The position numbers were made by a program, and so were the translations under genes. Below the pieces are notes generated by a model. It was not told where the DNA came from. It worked only from the letters and a program-made list of their open reading frames with translations, and searched no databases. DNA of 64,000 nt from Nemertoderma westbladi. Lineage: Eukaryota > Animalia > Xenacoelomorpha. Location of the stretch: positions 1-64,000 of the forward strand of contig JAUCBJ010003176.1 in assembly GCA_032718475.1 (NCBI GenBank), written 5' to 3'. Below, one piece after another: positions 50,100 through 62,985 of the stretch; within the stretch, counting starts at the first letter, position 1, and each line of letters opens with the position of its first letter.

Positions 50100-53000
50100 T
50101 CATAGGATAGATAACCATCAATCGTCCGTAACTAGACCTCTTTAAAAAAACATGTGACTAAAAGAACCTCTCCAAGTACTCAATATATCAGACACAATAT
50201 TAACGAAGGACCAGATAAACTTGTTAAAAAGGGGCCTAACCTTTACTCCCACACCTAGAGACAATATGATAGAAGCAAAAGCAGATATACATAGATTTGC
50301 AATGAAGTCAAATTTCCATGCTAATCTTAAAGTAAACTCTGTGAATTCCAATAATCAATCCCTCATATACGGGAAAACGAGATATTAATTATGTAACCAG
50401 GGGAAACAACTCAACATTAGACGCGTGTTGATATGCTGTCATCTATTTCACCAGATTTAAACAAAATTAAAGACTTCAATCTAAGTATAAATGAAAGGAA
50501 ATCTCTAAATGATTTGAGAATTAATGTCTAGTTTAGTTTAGTTTATTTCGCCACACATGTTAAAATACATAAATACAACAAACAATTATACCTGGCATCA
50601 ACTTATAAATACGCTACTGCGTGTTACACGGGATTGTTGCTAAATAATAATATACACGGGAAATAAAATTATTACACAATTATACAGTAGGTTTTCCACT
50701 GTTTAAAAAATTAAAATAAGTACAATTATTATTATTATTGCACTCAAAATACACCTAATGGTGTACATCATCAAAAAGATAATTAATTTCTCTTTTAGTT
50801 GAAAATATGATGAAATGAAAATTACAATTACACTCAAAATACGATATACAATAAAATCACGTAAAATAAAATAAAATAAATCAGTACTTTCAGTACTTTG
50901 TACAGTCTGACCGTGTCAGTCTGCATCTTCACTTTGTGTATTAGTACCTTGTACCAATAAACGATTTACTTGTGGTACCGTGTACCATTTATTTGTTTGA
51001 ATATTGCCCGTCTGACCGTGTCAGTCAACCTTTATTTGTGATAGCGGTACCGTGTACCGTCTGTACGGTGTACAGCTCAAGAATGGATTATTGGGGCATT
51101 TGAAATTCTGAAACACAGCGTTTGTAGGGTCCAATGAGATGAATGAATGTATGAGAACTTGGCATTCTTCCCAGCTGACAAAGGTGGTGCAATAGTAGTA
51201 ATGAATACAACCGATTATGAAAAAATGGTAGATGTTCACTAATATGATTCTAAAACTTATGATAAAATTAATACATGCAAGGATACAGCTGTTCATAAAG
51301 AAATTGGTACTCTTTGTAATAAGTATAAGGACAATTTGACTCCTACTGAATACAAACATATTACGAATGACCAGTACAAGTAAAGTCATATTTACGTTCT
51401 TCCAAAAATTCATAAATGTAGCGAATTAAAAGATAACGCTGATGAAATTAGAGATGGATACTTACATACTAAATTGTCAACAGACATTCCATCGAGACCT
51501 ATCATCTTAAGTGTAGACTCTCCCACATCCAAGTTGTCAGCTCTGATAGATGAGGTAATCAAGCCTATGGTACCTACTTTTCCTAGTTACATCAGAGACA
51601 CTAAGCATTTTTCGAACACTTTACCCCAGAGCATAGATGAAAATGAAAATTTTGTCAGTTTTGATGTAACATCTCTTTATACAAATATACCACACAATGA
51701 AGGAATCGCTGCATTAGCATATTGGCTAAACCAAAAACGTAATTTACTTCAAGAACGTTTTACCAACGATTTTATTATGGACGCCATCACCATTATACTT
51801 AAAAGTAATTATTTTGCACATATACATACAACGACTGGAAAGTATTATTTACAATTAGAAGGGACAGCCATGGGGACTAAATGCGCATCGAACTATACAA
51901 ATTCATACATGGCGCATAAAGAAGTTATTATTGCGGAAAAAATATATACGGAGAATTGGAAAGCGAAAAATTCAAAAAGAACTGGAAAATATTGTTAGAT
52001 GACTTTTTCACCAAATGGAATATAAACGGCCGATAACAGTAACAGGTCTACATGACTTAATAAACAGTATTAACCCAAATATCCAATTCACCATGGAACA
52101 AAGCCGAATGAAATTGCCATTTTTGGATGTTATGGTACATAGTCAACAACGCAAGTAGGATTGAGTGTGACATATTTCACAAACCGACTGACTCTAGGCG
52201 GTATCTTGATTACATATCTTGCCATCCTTCCCACATACTGCGTGACATTCCACCAAACCTTGCATGCAGGGTGTGTATGATTTGTAGACAACGAGAACAA
52301 AAAATTCCAAAGATTATACGAATTTAATTTTAAGATTTATAAAATTGATCTGATTCGCTGCAACGATCCCATAGGACTAATTAATAGAGCAATTGAAGAA
52401 GCCTCTAGAAGACCCAAATCTGAATTACGGGGGGGGACAAACAAAGGCATCGAAAACCCATTTTTCCTTGTGTTATCACACACAACCCCAACATAAATTG
52501 CCACATAAACATTAAATTGAAACCAATATTCAGAATAATGTCAGAAAAAACACCCAGGGGTTATAGTCTAAATGATAAACAAGTTATTATTGCCAGGAGA
52601 CAACCACCGTCGCTAAGAACTACATTAAAAAGAAAACCCAAACCACAAGGATTACCTGGATCAAAGAAATGCGAAAATAAAAAAGGAACTTGCGAAATTT
52701 GTGACGTCATAGGGGTAGTCACTGCAGTTAAATTCAAAAACTCAGAAGAACTTTTCACCATTCGGCACAGATTGAACTGCAACAGTACGAATGTAATTTA
52801 TGTAATGACGTAATGATGACGTAATGACGTGTGAAGGAAGCAAAGAGGATTATATTGGACAAACAATGAACTTTAGACATCGAACTAATCTACATAAAAA
52901 CCACATACGTGACAGGAGCCAAAAACAAATGAAATGCAGCGAGCACATTAAAAATTGTCTGAGGGGAAAATTTACCATAACGCCTTTTTTTTAAATGCCC

Positions 53001-53290
53001 ATATGATGACTTGCCATTACTACTAACGTATGAAGACCATTTCATAAACTTATTTAAGCCTTCATTGAACTGTTAAAAAAGAGGGGTAATCCCCAACCAC
53101 CACTAATCTGAACCTCAACAATAGGAGCCCTAACAATATGTTCAACAAAGACATTCGATACAATGGAACTTTAACTACTTTACATAGATATTGGAATTGG
53201 ACACTCTCATGCTATAACTGTTATACACAGTAATTTGATGCCATTTAAAATATTTTACCGCTGAAAAGCTATTAGGGCGAAATGCAATAG
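50100..53290 (+). mobile_element. Degenerate Penelope-like element (RT + GIY-YIG endonuclease)
   Basis: N-terminal VLNISDTILTKDQINLLKRGLTFTPTP, then ADKGGAIVVM, RPII, SYIRDT, SFDVTSLYTNIP, GTAMG, HKPTDS, Cys linker KKCENKKGTCEICD and GIY-YIG-type NVIYVMT...YIGQT. Many stops and frameshifts. Confidence 0.9.
50527..51165 (-). mobile_element. Insertion interrupting the Penelope-like element, possibly a LINE 3' end
   Basis: The Penelope reading frame stops near 50526 and resumes at ADKGG (about 51173). The insert ends (minus strand) in AATAAA plus a (CTAAA)n tail. Confidence 0.5.
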
Positions 53291-54933
53291 ACTACTACTT
53301 ACCCCGACCTGTTCCACTACACTACGGCTCACATAGACCTGTTCCCCTACACTATTACTTACCCCGACCTGTTCCAATATACTACTACTTACCCCGACCT
53401 GTTCCATTACACTACAACTCAACTAGACCGGTTTCACTATACAATTACTTTCCTCAACCTGTTCCACTACACTACAACTCACCAGAGCTGTTCCACTACA
53501 CTATTACTTACCCCAACCTGTTCCAATATACTACTACTTAACCCTATCTTCTGGTGAGGCACTTTTGTCTTTTGCAGTTCTCTTTCATTAATTAAGTATT
53601 AAGTTATTCATTTTTTTTTTATGTGGGATGTATATTTAAAAACATTTTTTTTGTCTAAATTATTCAGAAATACGAAAATAATTATTTTTACCATGAAATT
53701 TAAGATCTTTTAATACTGTTTTATTATTGTATGAAAATTTTTGCATTTGTATTAAACTGACATATATAAGGAGCTGAAAGAGTCCCGACTCAAACAGACT
53801 ACAGCGGCCAAGAATGCAGTTAAGGCTGCATCTAGGTCCCTGAACAGGCAGTACTCTGTTAATCTACAGGAGCTAATAAACCAACAGGTTGATGCCATCA
53901 ATGATGCCAACGACAGCAGGCAATCATCCCAGGCATGGAGATCGATCAACTTGCTTGCTGGTCAAAAAAGCCAACCAACCACCAAGGTTAAGGCTGAATC
54001 ACCAGCCGATTGCCTCAATGGTTGGAAGGCCCACTTTGAAAAGCTCCTCAATAATGACAGGGTCATGTCTGATAACTTTATAGAAGTAAAAGTGTCTGAG
54101 TCTGTACTCCCAGATATTCCCATTGGCGATATCTCCTTTGCAGAAGTGAAGGCTGCTGCAAAGAGCATTAAGACCAATCCTGCCAGTGGAGTAGATGGTG
54201 TTCCCCATGAGGTCTTTAAAAGTTCTACTACACTACAAGTCATCAGACCTGTTCCACTACACTATTGATTACCCCGACCTGTTCCAATAGACTACTACTT
54301 ACCCCGACCTGTTCCACTACACTACAATTCACCAGAGCTGTTTCACTACACTATTACTTACCCCGACCTGTTCCAATATAGTACTACTTACACCTACCTG
54401 TTCCACTACACTACAACTCACCCAGACCGGTTCAACTATACTATTACTTACCCCCGCCTGTTCCACTACACTACAACTCACCTAGACCGGTTCCACTACA
54501 CTACTACTTATCCTGAGCTGTTCCACTACACTAGGACTCACCCTTACCTGTTCAAACTACACTATTACTTACCCCGACCTGTTCCACTATACTACAACTC
54601 ACCAGACCTGTTCCACTACACTATTACTTACCCCGACCTGTTCCATTACACTACAACTCAACTAGACCGGTTTCACTATACAATTACTTTCCTCAACCTG
54701 TTCCACTACACTACAACTCACCAGACCTGTTCCACTACACTATTACTTTCCCCGACCTGTTCCACTACACTTCTACTTACCTCGACCTGTTTCGATGCAC
54801 TACAACTCACCCAGACCGGTTCCAATACACTACTACTTACCTCGACCTAGTCCACTACAGCATTACTTACCCGGACCTGTTCCACTACACTACGACTAAC
54901 ATAGACCTGTTTCACTACACTATTACTTACCCG
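53291..54933. repeat. 30-bp (60-bp dimeric) minisatellite interrupted at about 53544-54225
   Basis: Unit ACTACTACTTACCCCGACCTGTTCCACTAC alternating with an ACTACAACTCACC.AGACC variant. Confidence 0.9.
53757..54221 (+). mobile_element. Second RTE-like LINE fragment, same family as 37180-38580
   Basis: Near-identical HFEKLLNNDRV..DNFIEVKVSESVLPDIPIGDISFAEVKAAAKSIKTN.ASGVDGVP.EVFK. Confidence 0.88.
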
Positions 54934-55675
54934 ATCAGTAGATAGTATCATCTTGTTTCTTGCGTTATACGTGTTTATGAGGGTCCTGAATCCGATGGAA
55001 TTAATAAAAACAGCAATCATTCTTCTCAATCAAAATCTTGTAATTTTTGGTGATAGGTACGCAATTTGGTGCTAGTACCAAAATTTGCCATATTACGCTT
55101 GAAAATACGAGTAGCAATGATCTGGCATATTATAAATGTATTCCATTAGAATCAGCGCCCTAGAAAACCTGAAAATGTGAATTTATAGCATCGCATAAAT
55201 GAATTAAAAATTTTGTGTTCTAACTGAAAACTGCTGGTTACTTGTTTTTTTTCATTTTTTTCTACGCAGAGAGGACTAAACAGCCATTTATAGTAATAAT
55301 ATCATTTTTAAATATTTTCCAATGTATTTTGCGCCCCAGAAAATCTGTATTGATATACAGGTAGCCGAAAAATGTTACTTTCAAATTTTGTGAAAATTGT
55401 GCACTACTTGTAATTTTGGTGCTGCAATATAACCACCCCAGTGCATTTTTTCGAAATTTTTTTTTTCCGGTCGGATCCAGATTCGTGATACCTACGTACA
55501 AACAAAAAACGTTTTACGTTCACGTTTTCTTAGAAATTTGTAGGTTTTAGAGGGGGGTGGGGGGTCAATATGACCCCCCCCAGTATTTGTACAACACTTT
55601 ATAGCCCGGTACTAATAGGGGTCAAGGAATTAATTTCAAAGGGAAATAATTTTAAAAATTAATTTTTTTTACAGA

Positions 55676-55863
55676 ATGGATCTAGAACTAGAAGAATTAC
55701 ATCCCGGAAGTTTGGCAGAACTTATAAGTCGGCGAACGTTGTTAGAGGAGACTTTCGTTGAGGCCGAAATAGTCAACATTGTTAATCCATTGAAAAATGG
55801 TGCTTCTAAAAAGGGTGACTCTAAGAGAGCCAAAGTATCATACAACACTTTGGTATTCCTATT
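55676..55863 (+). CDS. Uncharacterised 305-aa protein, exon 1
   Basis: ATG 1 nt after a tttttttttacag acceptor; MDLELEELHPG...YNTLVFL; donor gtaagt at 55864, phase 2. Confidence 0.72.
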
Positions 55864-56683
55864 GTAAGTATTTAATAAATAATAGAATAGAAAAAGGTAT
55901 TCATTCCTGTTGAACGTTATTTGTAATTAAAGCAACGAGTATAATATTATTTAACAAATTAAATAAGTGAAAAATAAATAATCAATGTTGATAAGATGTA
56001 ATTGAAAAGGTTAAAGGACTACCATTTTTAATCAGGAATATATTTAATTACTAGTCACTAAGAAACTTAAGGAAAGACTACTTTAATTTCAGTGTTTGAA
56101 AATATAAAGTATGTGAATTGTTTAAGATTTTTTATACAGAAAAGCTGTTATAATTAGAAATTTTTTGCGGTGTATGATTAAACTCATGCATTTAATGTAA
56201 TGCAGAGTTTTATATAAAAGTATGTCCAACTATATCCCCGGCATCATTACTGTCTATAAGTACATCCCAATAAGTTCCAGTCCTCCTCCCTCTCCTTCAT
56301 ATACAGCATGAGTATGTCCTACTGCAACCCTCCTCACACACAGACGAGGTATGTTCTACCTCTGGTCTTGGGACGTTAGTGCCTTCGAGACATTAGTGCA
56401 TGCGGCCACTAATGTCTCTGTACCTTTAGTGCCCGCGGTCACTTAGTTGCGTTATCGTGGGCACTAATGTCCCATAGGACGTTCGAGCACGCGAGACGTT
56501 AGTGCCTGCGAGACGTTAGTGCCCGCGAGTCTTTAGTGCCTGCGAGACGTAGGCACATTAATTTGTTTAACTTTACTGGAGACAGTGTATAATAAAAAAA
56601 ACAAGGTGCAGTACTACAGTATAATCGTCCGAGGACGCACTAACTAATGTATTATATGTATATACTGTATATGTATATATGTA

Positions 56684-57925
56684 TAATGTTCTGTTGGAAC
56701 ACAATTACGTGTCTTATCGTGTCAATCATGTGATAGAACGCAATTAGGTGGGTCTGAACATAATGTTCTATTATAGAACACAATTATGTGGCTTTGAACG
56801 TAATGTTCTGTAAGAACACAGTTGTGTGGCTTTGAACATAATGTTCTTTTAGAACATAATTTTGTGGTTTTGAACATTATGTTGTTTTAGAACACAATTA
56901 CATTGATTTGAATATAATGTTCTGTTAGAACACAATTACGTTGATTTGAACATAATGTTGTGTTAGAACACAATTACGTTGATTTGAACATAATGTTGTG
57001 TTAGAAAACAATTACGTGGCTTTGAACATAATGTTCTGTTACAACACAATAAAGAGGCTTTGAACATAATGTTCTGTTAGAACACAATTACATGGCTTTG
57101 AACGTAATGTTCTGTTAGAAAACAATTACGTGACTTTGAACATAATGTTCTGTTACAACATAATTACGTGACTTTGAACATAATGTTCTGTTAGAACACA
57201 ATTACATGGCTTTGAACATAATATTGTTTTAGAACACAATTTCGAGGCTTTGAACATAATGTTCTGTTACAACATAATTACGTGGCTTTTAACATAATGT
57301 TATGTTAGAACAAAAATATGTGGCTTTGAACGTAATTTGCTGTTGGAACAAAAATACGTGGCTTTGAATATAATATTGTTTTAGAACACAATTTCGAGGC
57401 TTTGAACATAATGTTCTGTTACAACATAATTACGTGACTTTGAACATAATGTTCTGTTAGAACACAATTACATGGCTTTGAACATAATATTGTTTTAGAA
57501 CACAATTTCGAGGCTTTGAACATAATGTTCTGTTACAACATAATTACGTGGCTTTTAACATAATGTTTTGTTAGAACACAATTTCGTCGCTTTGAACATA
57601 ATGTTATATTAGAACATAATTTCGTGGCTTTGGACATTATGTTGTGTTATAACACAATTACATTGATTTGAATATAATCTACTGTTCGAAAACAATTACG
57701 TGGCTTTGAACATAATGTTCTGTTACAACACAATAAAGTGGCTTTGAACATAATGTTTTGTTAGAACACAATTACATGGCTTTGAACGTAATGTTCAGTT
57801 AGAACACGATTACGTTGATTTCAACATAATGTTATGTTAGAACATAATTACGTGGCTTTGAACATAATGTTCTGTTAGAACAAAATTACGTAGAAAAAAA
57901 TACGTGGCTTTGAACATAATGTTCT
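56684..57925. repeat. Degenerate 38-bp minisatellite in intron 1 of the uncharacterised gene
   Basis: Unit TTAGAACACAATTACGTGGCTTTGAACATAATGTTCTG with hairpin GAACAT-A-ATGTTC. Confidence 0.93.
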
Positions 57926-58064
57926 GATTTGGTTTTATATTAGACGTGTGGTGATGTTTCATGATTTTCATTTTCGGTATTGCATTGTGTACATTATCAG
58001 GGAATTATTTTATTTATATTTGAATACTATTTGTGTGTTATTATAAATATTATATTTATTGCAG

Positions 58065-58341
58065 AGACATTGTCACAGGCTCGTTGTTCTGTGTCTTTAA
58101 TAAAGGGCACAAAGAGACTCTTACTTTCTTCAATAAGAGTGTGGGGGTAGGCGATTTGGTTCGCATTATAGAACCAGCACACCGCGGGGAGTTATTTGGG
58201 GGGACTCCCATTGTCGTCATAGAAGAGTCTCCAATAAAAATTCATGTATTGAGTGTACCACGGAAACTCATCCAGATGAAGCCTATTACGGATACAATGG
58301 AGCCCTTTTCCATTGTAATGAACGACTTGCAACTTCAAGGA
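58065..58341 (+). CDS. Uncharacterised 305-aa protein, exon 2
   Basis: ttattgcag|A...GGA|gtaagt; phase matches exon 1. DIVTGSLFCVF...SVGVGDLVRIIEP...NDLQLQG. Confidence 0.75.
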
Positions 58342-59613
58342 GTAAGTTTAGACAGTTTTCTTACACTTTAAGTCTTGCTGTATAAATTAATGGTTACTAA
58401 TGTATTTTTTTAGAAAATATATATTACATAACTATGCGACGGATTCAAAGCTAAAAAAAGTTTTAATAATGATTTAGGCAATAGGTTATTTTAAATCTAC
58501 AGATAAAATTTGGTAATTAAAAATTAGACACAAAATTAAAAATGTAATTAATAATGACATATGAAAAATTACACCACTTTTCATAATATAGTTCATATTA
58601 TTAACAGAGCATTCGATTGAGGTTAAAAAGGATAGATCTGAAGGAGGAAAACCAATGTAAAATCAAAAAAGCTTATGGAAAACTTAATGAAAATGTTAAA
58701 GTAGCTGGGCAGAAGTTAAATTAATTGATGTGTGCAAACTTGGATAATTTATTGTTCGATTCCACTCACAATAAAAAATAAAACCGTCTGCGTATTGAAA
58801 TAAATATTTTCTAATTTTAAATATTTCATTGTGAAGGCGCTGCTGGCTTTTGATAAAATAGTGGCGACACAACTTCCTATCACATATTCGATTTTATAGA
58901 TCATCTGTATCTTCAGGGACAGTATTTTTTAAGTATTATGTTCCTGGACATGTATGTCAATGTACTTGACACATTGACATGATCAGAGACATGATCTGAC
59001 AGATGTTAGGACAATTGAGACCCGGACAATTGTGACTCCGAAATTTGAGACTGAGACAATTGCAACACGGTAAATTGCGAGTCATGATTTTCTAAAAAAA
59101 GGATGATTCGTAATATGGATCCTTCCCACACATTTTTCTACAAATTTTGATGAATTTGCATGGAATTTGAAACAGGGCTAGTTTCGCCTCCCCCTACCTG
59201 TGATAGATCTTTTTACAGAACACAAGCGAAAACAGTGGAATAGAAATAGCTGGTTCTCTGTTAGGAACCTTTTATGACATATAACATTAGGGATCTCTGG
59301 CCATGTGTTAACCATCTTTAACTCAGGCCAACTACTACGTTTAATTATTAGTTTTAAATTTATGCCAGGTCTGATCTGATAAGAAATGAATATTTAATAT
59401 CGCGACAATTTAATTCTATAATTACTTATAGAAATGTAATGATTGACTAATTTTATGTAGACATAGGTACTCTGTGTTATTTTTTTGTTGTCATTGTGTT
59501 TTGGACTTGAGTGTTTTATGAGGTTCTTCTGATGTGTTTGACGGTGATCGAATGTGTTCGGTCGTGTTTGTCTTTCAGTACCTTCCCTAATAATTAATTA
59601 ATTTAAATTTTAG

Positions 59614-59841
59614 ACAACCATTAAATCAACTCATCGTGGGGTTGTATGCGACGGCCTCTATGGCTATTACAACCGTTGCCCGTGCTTTTCCTCTCAAATC
59701 ACTAAGGACATTCGATGGGTAATCCAAACTGATGTGGTTCTAGAAAACGTTCCCGTCAACACCGAGGGAAAAGCAATCCGACAGGGTGTTTTTCACTCCA
59801 GTAGATTTAGCTCGCTTTTCCTGGGACAGGGAGCAATGAAC
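59614..59841 (+). CDS. Uncharacterised 305-aa protein, exon 3 (absent from ORF track)
   Basis: ttttag|ACA...AAC|gtttgt, 228 nt, open. TTIKSTHRGVVCDGLYGYYNRCPCFSSQITKDIRWVIQTDVVLENVPVNTEGKAIRQGVFHSSRFSSLFLGQGAMN. Confidence 0.72.
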
Positions 59842-60472
59842 GTTTGTTAATTATAATATTTAATTTTATTACGTAATTTAAAACCTTAAATAAAATATGA
59901 TACAATGTAATTAAACATAAACATAGATAAATAAAATAATTGTTTATTTCGTAGGTCCAAGAAAAAAATATTTTATTGGACGCACTGTAGTTTATTTTTC
60001 TTGTTATTTTAATATAAAGAGGAGAATTAAATTTTTAAATATCTTTCTTTCAATGAAATGCACACTGCAGAAATGTACATGGAATAGTTTTTAGAATCCA
60101 AGGCCCTGCCAGGCCGAGACTTACATTTCATTTTTTTTAACCTAACAGGATAAAATAAAATTTTCAAAATTCTCTGTTTTTCTTTTCTTTTATATTAACT
60201 TTTCTAGAGCATGTTATAACAGGGTTTAAATATAGACTGCTCCTGGGAGCAGTTAGGTGAAGATAATGATGTAAGGGCGGAGGTCTGTTGTCCAGTGGTT
60301 TAAGTTACAATAATATAAATTCGGCATATTGCCACCTTCATGAGTATGGTTGTAAATTATTAAGAATTAATATTGCGGCAAATTGCCACATTTTTAAGGG
60401 TTGTTACGGAAACGGTTCATATTATGTTTTTCCTTACGTGATAAATTAATTTTAATTCTTTTTTTTATTTAG

Positions 60473-60697
60473 TCAAAAACTCAGACATTAACAAATCGGC
60501 AAGTGCGGCGACATGTGAATCAGCAAATCCAACAATATAATGGTCAATGGAATGTTGTTGGATGGTCGAAATCAAGTAGTTTTGGAGCCGATGAAGAAGG
60601 GGGGACAATGTTCGACTCTTCAAAATTACATATATCATCTGTTAGACCAATTGGACCGTATGAGTTTCAGCTTCTCGAATGTAAGCTATTTAATTAA
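60473..60697 (+). CDS. Uncharacterised 305-aa protein, exon 4 (terminal)
   Basis: ttttttatttag|TCA, in frame with ORF 60503-60697. SKTQTLTNRQVRRHVNQQIQQYNGQWNVVGWSKSS...KLHISSVRPIGPYEFQLLECKLFN*. Confidence 0.72.
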   Translation, partial: SKTQTLTNRQVRRHVNQQIQQYNGQWNVVGWSKSSSFGADEEGGTMFDSSKLHISSVRPIGPYEFQLLECKLFN

Positions 60698-61850
60698 AAA
60701 TAGTTTAATAATTTCTGTTAATGATAACGATCATTAGCACTTTGAGTATCAAAAACAGTACGATGGACCAATATAAATTTGGTTATTATATTATAAACAA
60801 TCTAGTCCTATGAAAAAATTTAAAATTTATAATAAATATGTAATATATTTCGCTATTTAAGAAAGCTTTAAGTGAAAATTAAATGTAAAAGTTGAAGAGT
60901 ATCATATACTTAGTCCAATGGGAAATAATTTATTATTTTCATTAATTTTAATTAGTCAATCAAGTCCTTACTGATAGATGTGTACAGCAGTAGCGAAACT
61001 GCACCGATATATGTTTGATGCAATCAGTGATCAGTTAAAGGCAGTCAGCTGAACGGTAGGTCTCACTTCACGGTGAAAGGCATTATGAAGAGTCTAATCC
61101 TGGAAATGACCGTGAGGGTGAAGTCCGAAATGGGAGAAGGAAAGGGAGGGTTACATAATGACGATTGGTGTGTAACATTAACTAACCAATATGGGAAGCA
61201 GCAAAACAAACTTGGGAGGCGAAACCTACCAATCAGCTGACTGCCATTAGCCGATAAATGAATGCATGCAACGTCTATAAGTACAGTTGCTCTTTAGTTT
61301 GCTACTCCTGTACATACCTCTCTGTAAGGTTTTTTACTTAACTTGGTTTAGGAATTAAAATTAAACAGCATATCCTTTTAACACGTGTTAACTTCCGAAT
61401 TAGTTGTTAGGAGCTTCAGGGCTACACTGTTGGTCCAGTTCTAAAACTGACAGGACCATAGGCAGAGTTAAAAAAAAAGAGAGGGCCGGATTTCAAAATG
61501 CCCCGATCGAGATAATTTAATCCAAAAAATATCAATGTGTTTTGTGTCCCTGGTGTATAATTTTTTGAAAATTTAAAATTTTAGGATGGCTAAAAATTAA
61601 ATTACAAAAAAAAAATATACATCACTATGTATAACTGTAATATTAAAGTAATGAAAAGTAAATAACTATGCAATAGAAGTAGTAGTTTTCTTATATACAA
61701 TTGCTGCATATAAATAATAAGGGAAAGTTATATAATTTAAATTTATTATCGATGGCGATAGTAGTATGATAGACATAGAAAGTAATAATACAAAAATTAA
61801 TATTAAAATTTAACCAATTTTTATTTGTCTCATAGGTGTTGATCCTCTAG

Positions 61851-62621
61851 CCCCCCCCCGCTGGCGCCCCTGTCGGCGGCGCCCCCATCGGCGGCGCCCC
61901 CATCGGCGGTGCCCCCTTCGACGTTGCCCCTGTCGCCGCCCCCATTGGCATTGCTCCTGTCGCCGCCCCCGTCGGCGTCGTTCCCGTCGGCGTCGTCCCC
62001 GTCGGCGGTGCCCCCGTCGGTGGCGCCCCTGTCGGCGGCGCTCCTGTCGGCGTCGCCCCTGTTGCCGCCCCCGTTGGCGTCGTTCCCGTCGGCGTCGTCC
62101 CCGTCGGCGGTGCCCCCGTCGGTGGCGCCCCTGTCGGCGGCGCTCCTGTCGGCGTCGCCCCTGTTGCTGCCCCCGTCGGCGTTGCCCCTGTCGCCGGCCC
62201 CGTTGGCGTCGCCCCTGTTGCCGCTCCCATCGCTGTCGCCCCCATCGCCGCCCCCGTCGGCGTCCCCCCCGTCGCCGCCCCCGTCGGCTTCGCCCCCGTT
62301 GCCGCCCCCGTTGGCATCCCGCCCGTCGCTGTCCCCGTCGGCGTCGCCCCCATCGCCGCCCCCATTGCCGCCCCCGTTGCTGCCCCCGTCGACGCCCCCA
62401 TCGGCGCCACCCCCGTTGGCGTTGCCCCCGTCGCCGCCCCCCTAGGCGCCGCCCCCGCCGCCGCCCCCATTGGCGCCCCTTCCGCCGCCCCCGTCGGCAT
62501 TGCCCCCATCGGCATCGCCCCAATCAGCGCCCCCATCGGCGCCGCCCCCATCGGCGTTGCCCCCGTCGCCGCCCCCATCGGCGCCGCTGCCGACCGGCTG
62601 GATGTTGGACCGGAATTGTAA
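61851..62621. other. GC-rich 12/15-nt codon-periodic repeat, possibly a coding exon (strand and frame unresolved)
   Basis: Repeat units are multiples of 3. Plus frame 61851-62621 is open (PPPAGAPVGGAPIGG...AAPVGVAPV...DRLDVGPEL*); minus frame 62578-61847 is also open (GATPTGAAT repeats). Confidence 0.5.
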
Positions 62622-62985
62622 TTCTAAGAGGACTATAATTTTCTTTTTGAATCCGCCCCGTGGTGTCGTTTTGTGTCTTTGTTTCTTTGTATTATCTTTA
62701 CTATTATTGGTATTGTGGTGGTCAATTATTTTCCGAAGAATCGGCGAAAGGAGTAGAATATTTGTAATGTAAATATCTTGTGATAAAGTTATTAAGTTGT
62801 CTTAGGCATATTTGTGTATATCATGTACGTATAAGATGTTTCATCGAAATATATAACATAAATAAATTTAAGGTCGTGGTGGGGAGGGCTGCTATGTCTC
62901 ATATGATTGAATAATTAATTTAGCTGTACTTGTTCTCAAATTCTATTTATATATTTATTATTTAAATTTAACTTATTATTTTCGA

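Noticed and set aside
61810-62523. 237-aa Arg/Gly-rich protamine-like ORF
   Set aside because: It is an alternative frame of the GC-rich repeat in which the common variants are non-synonymous; other frames fit better.
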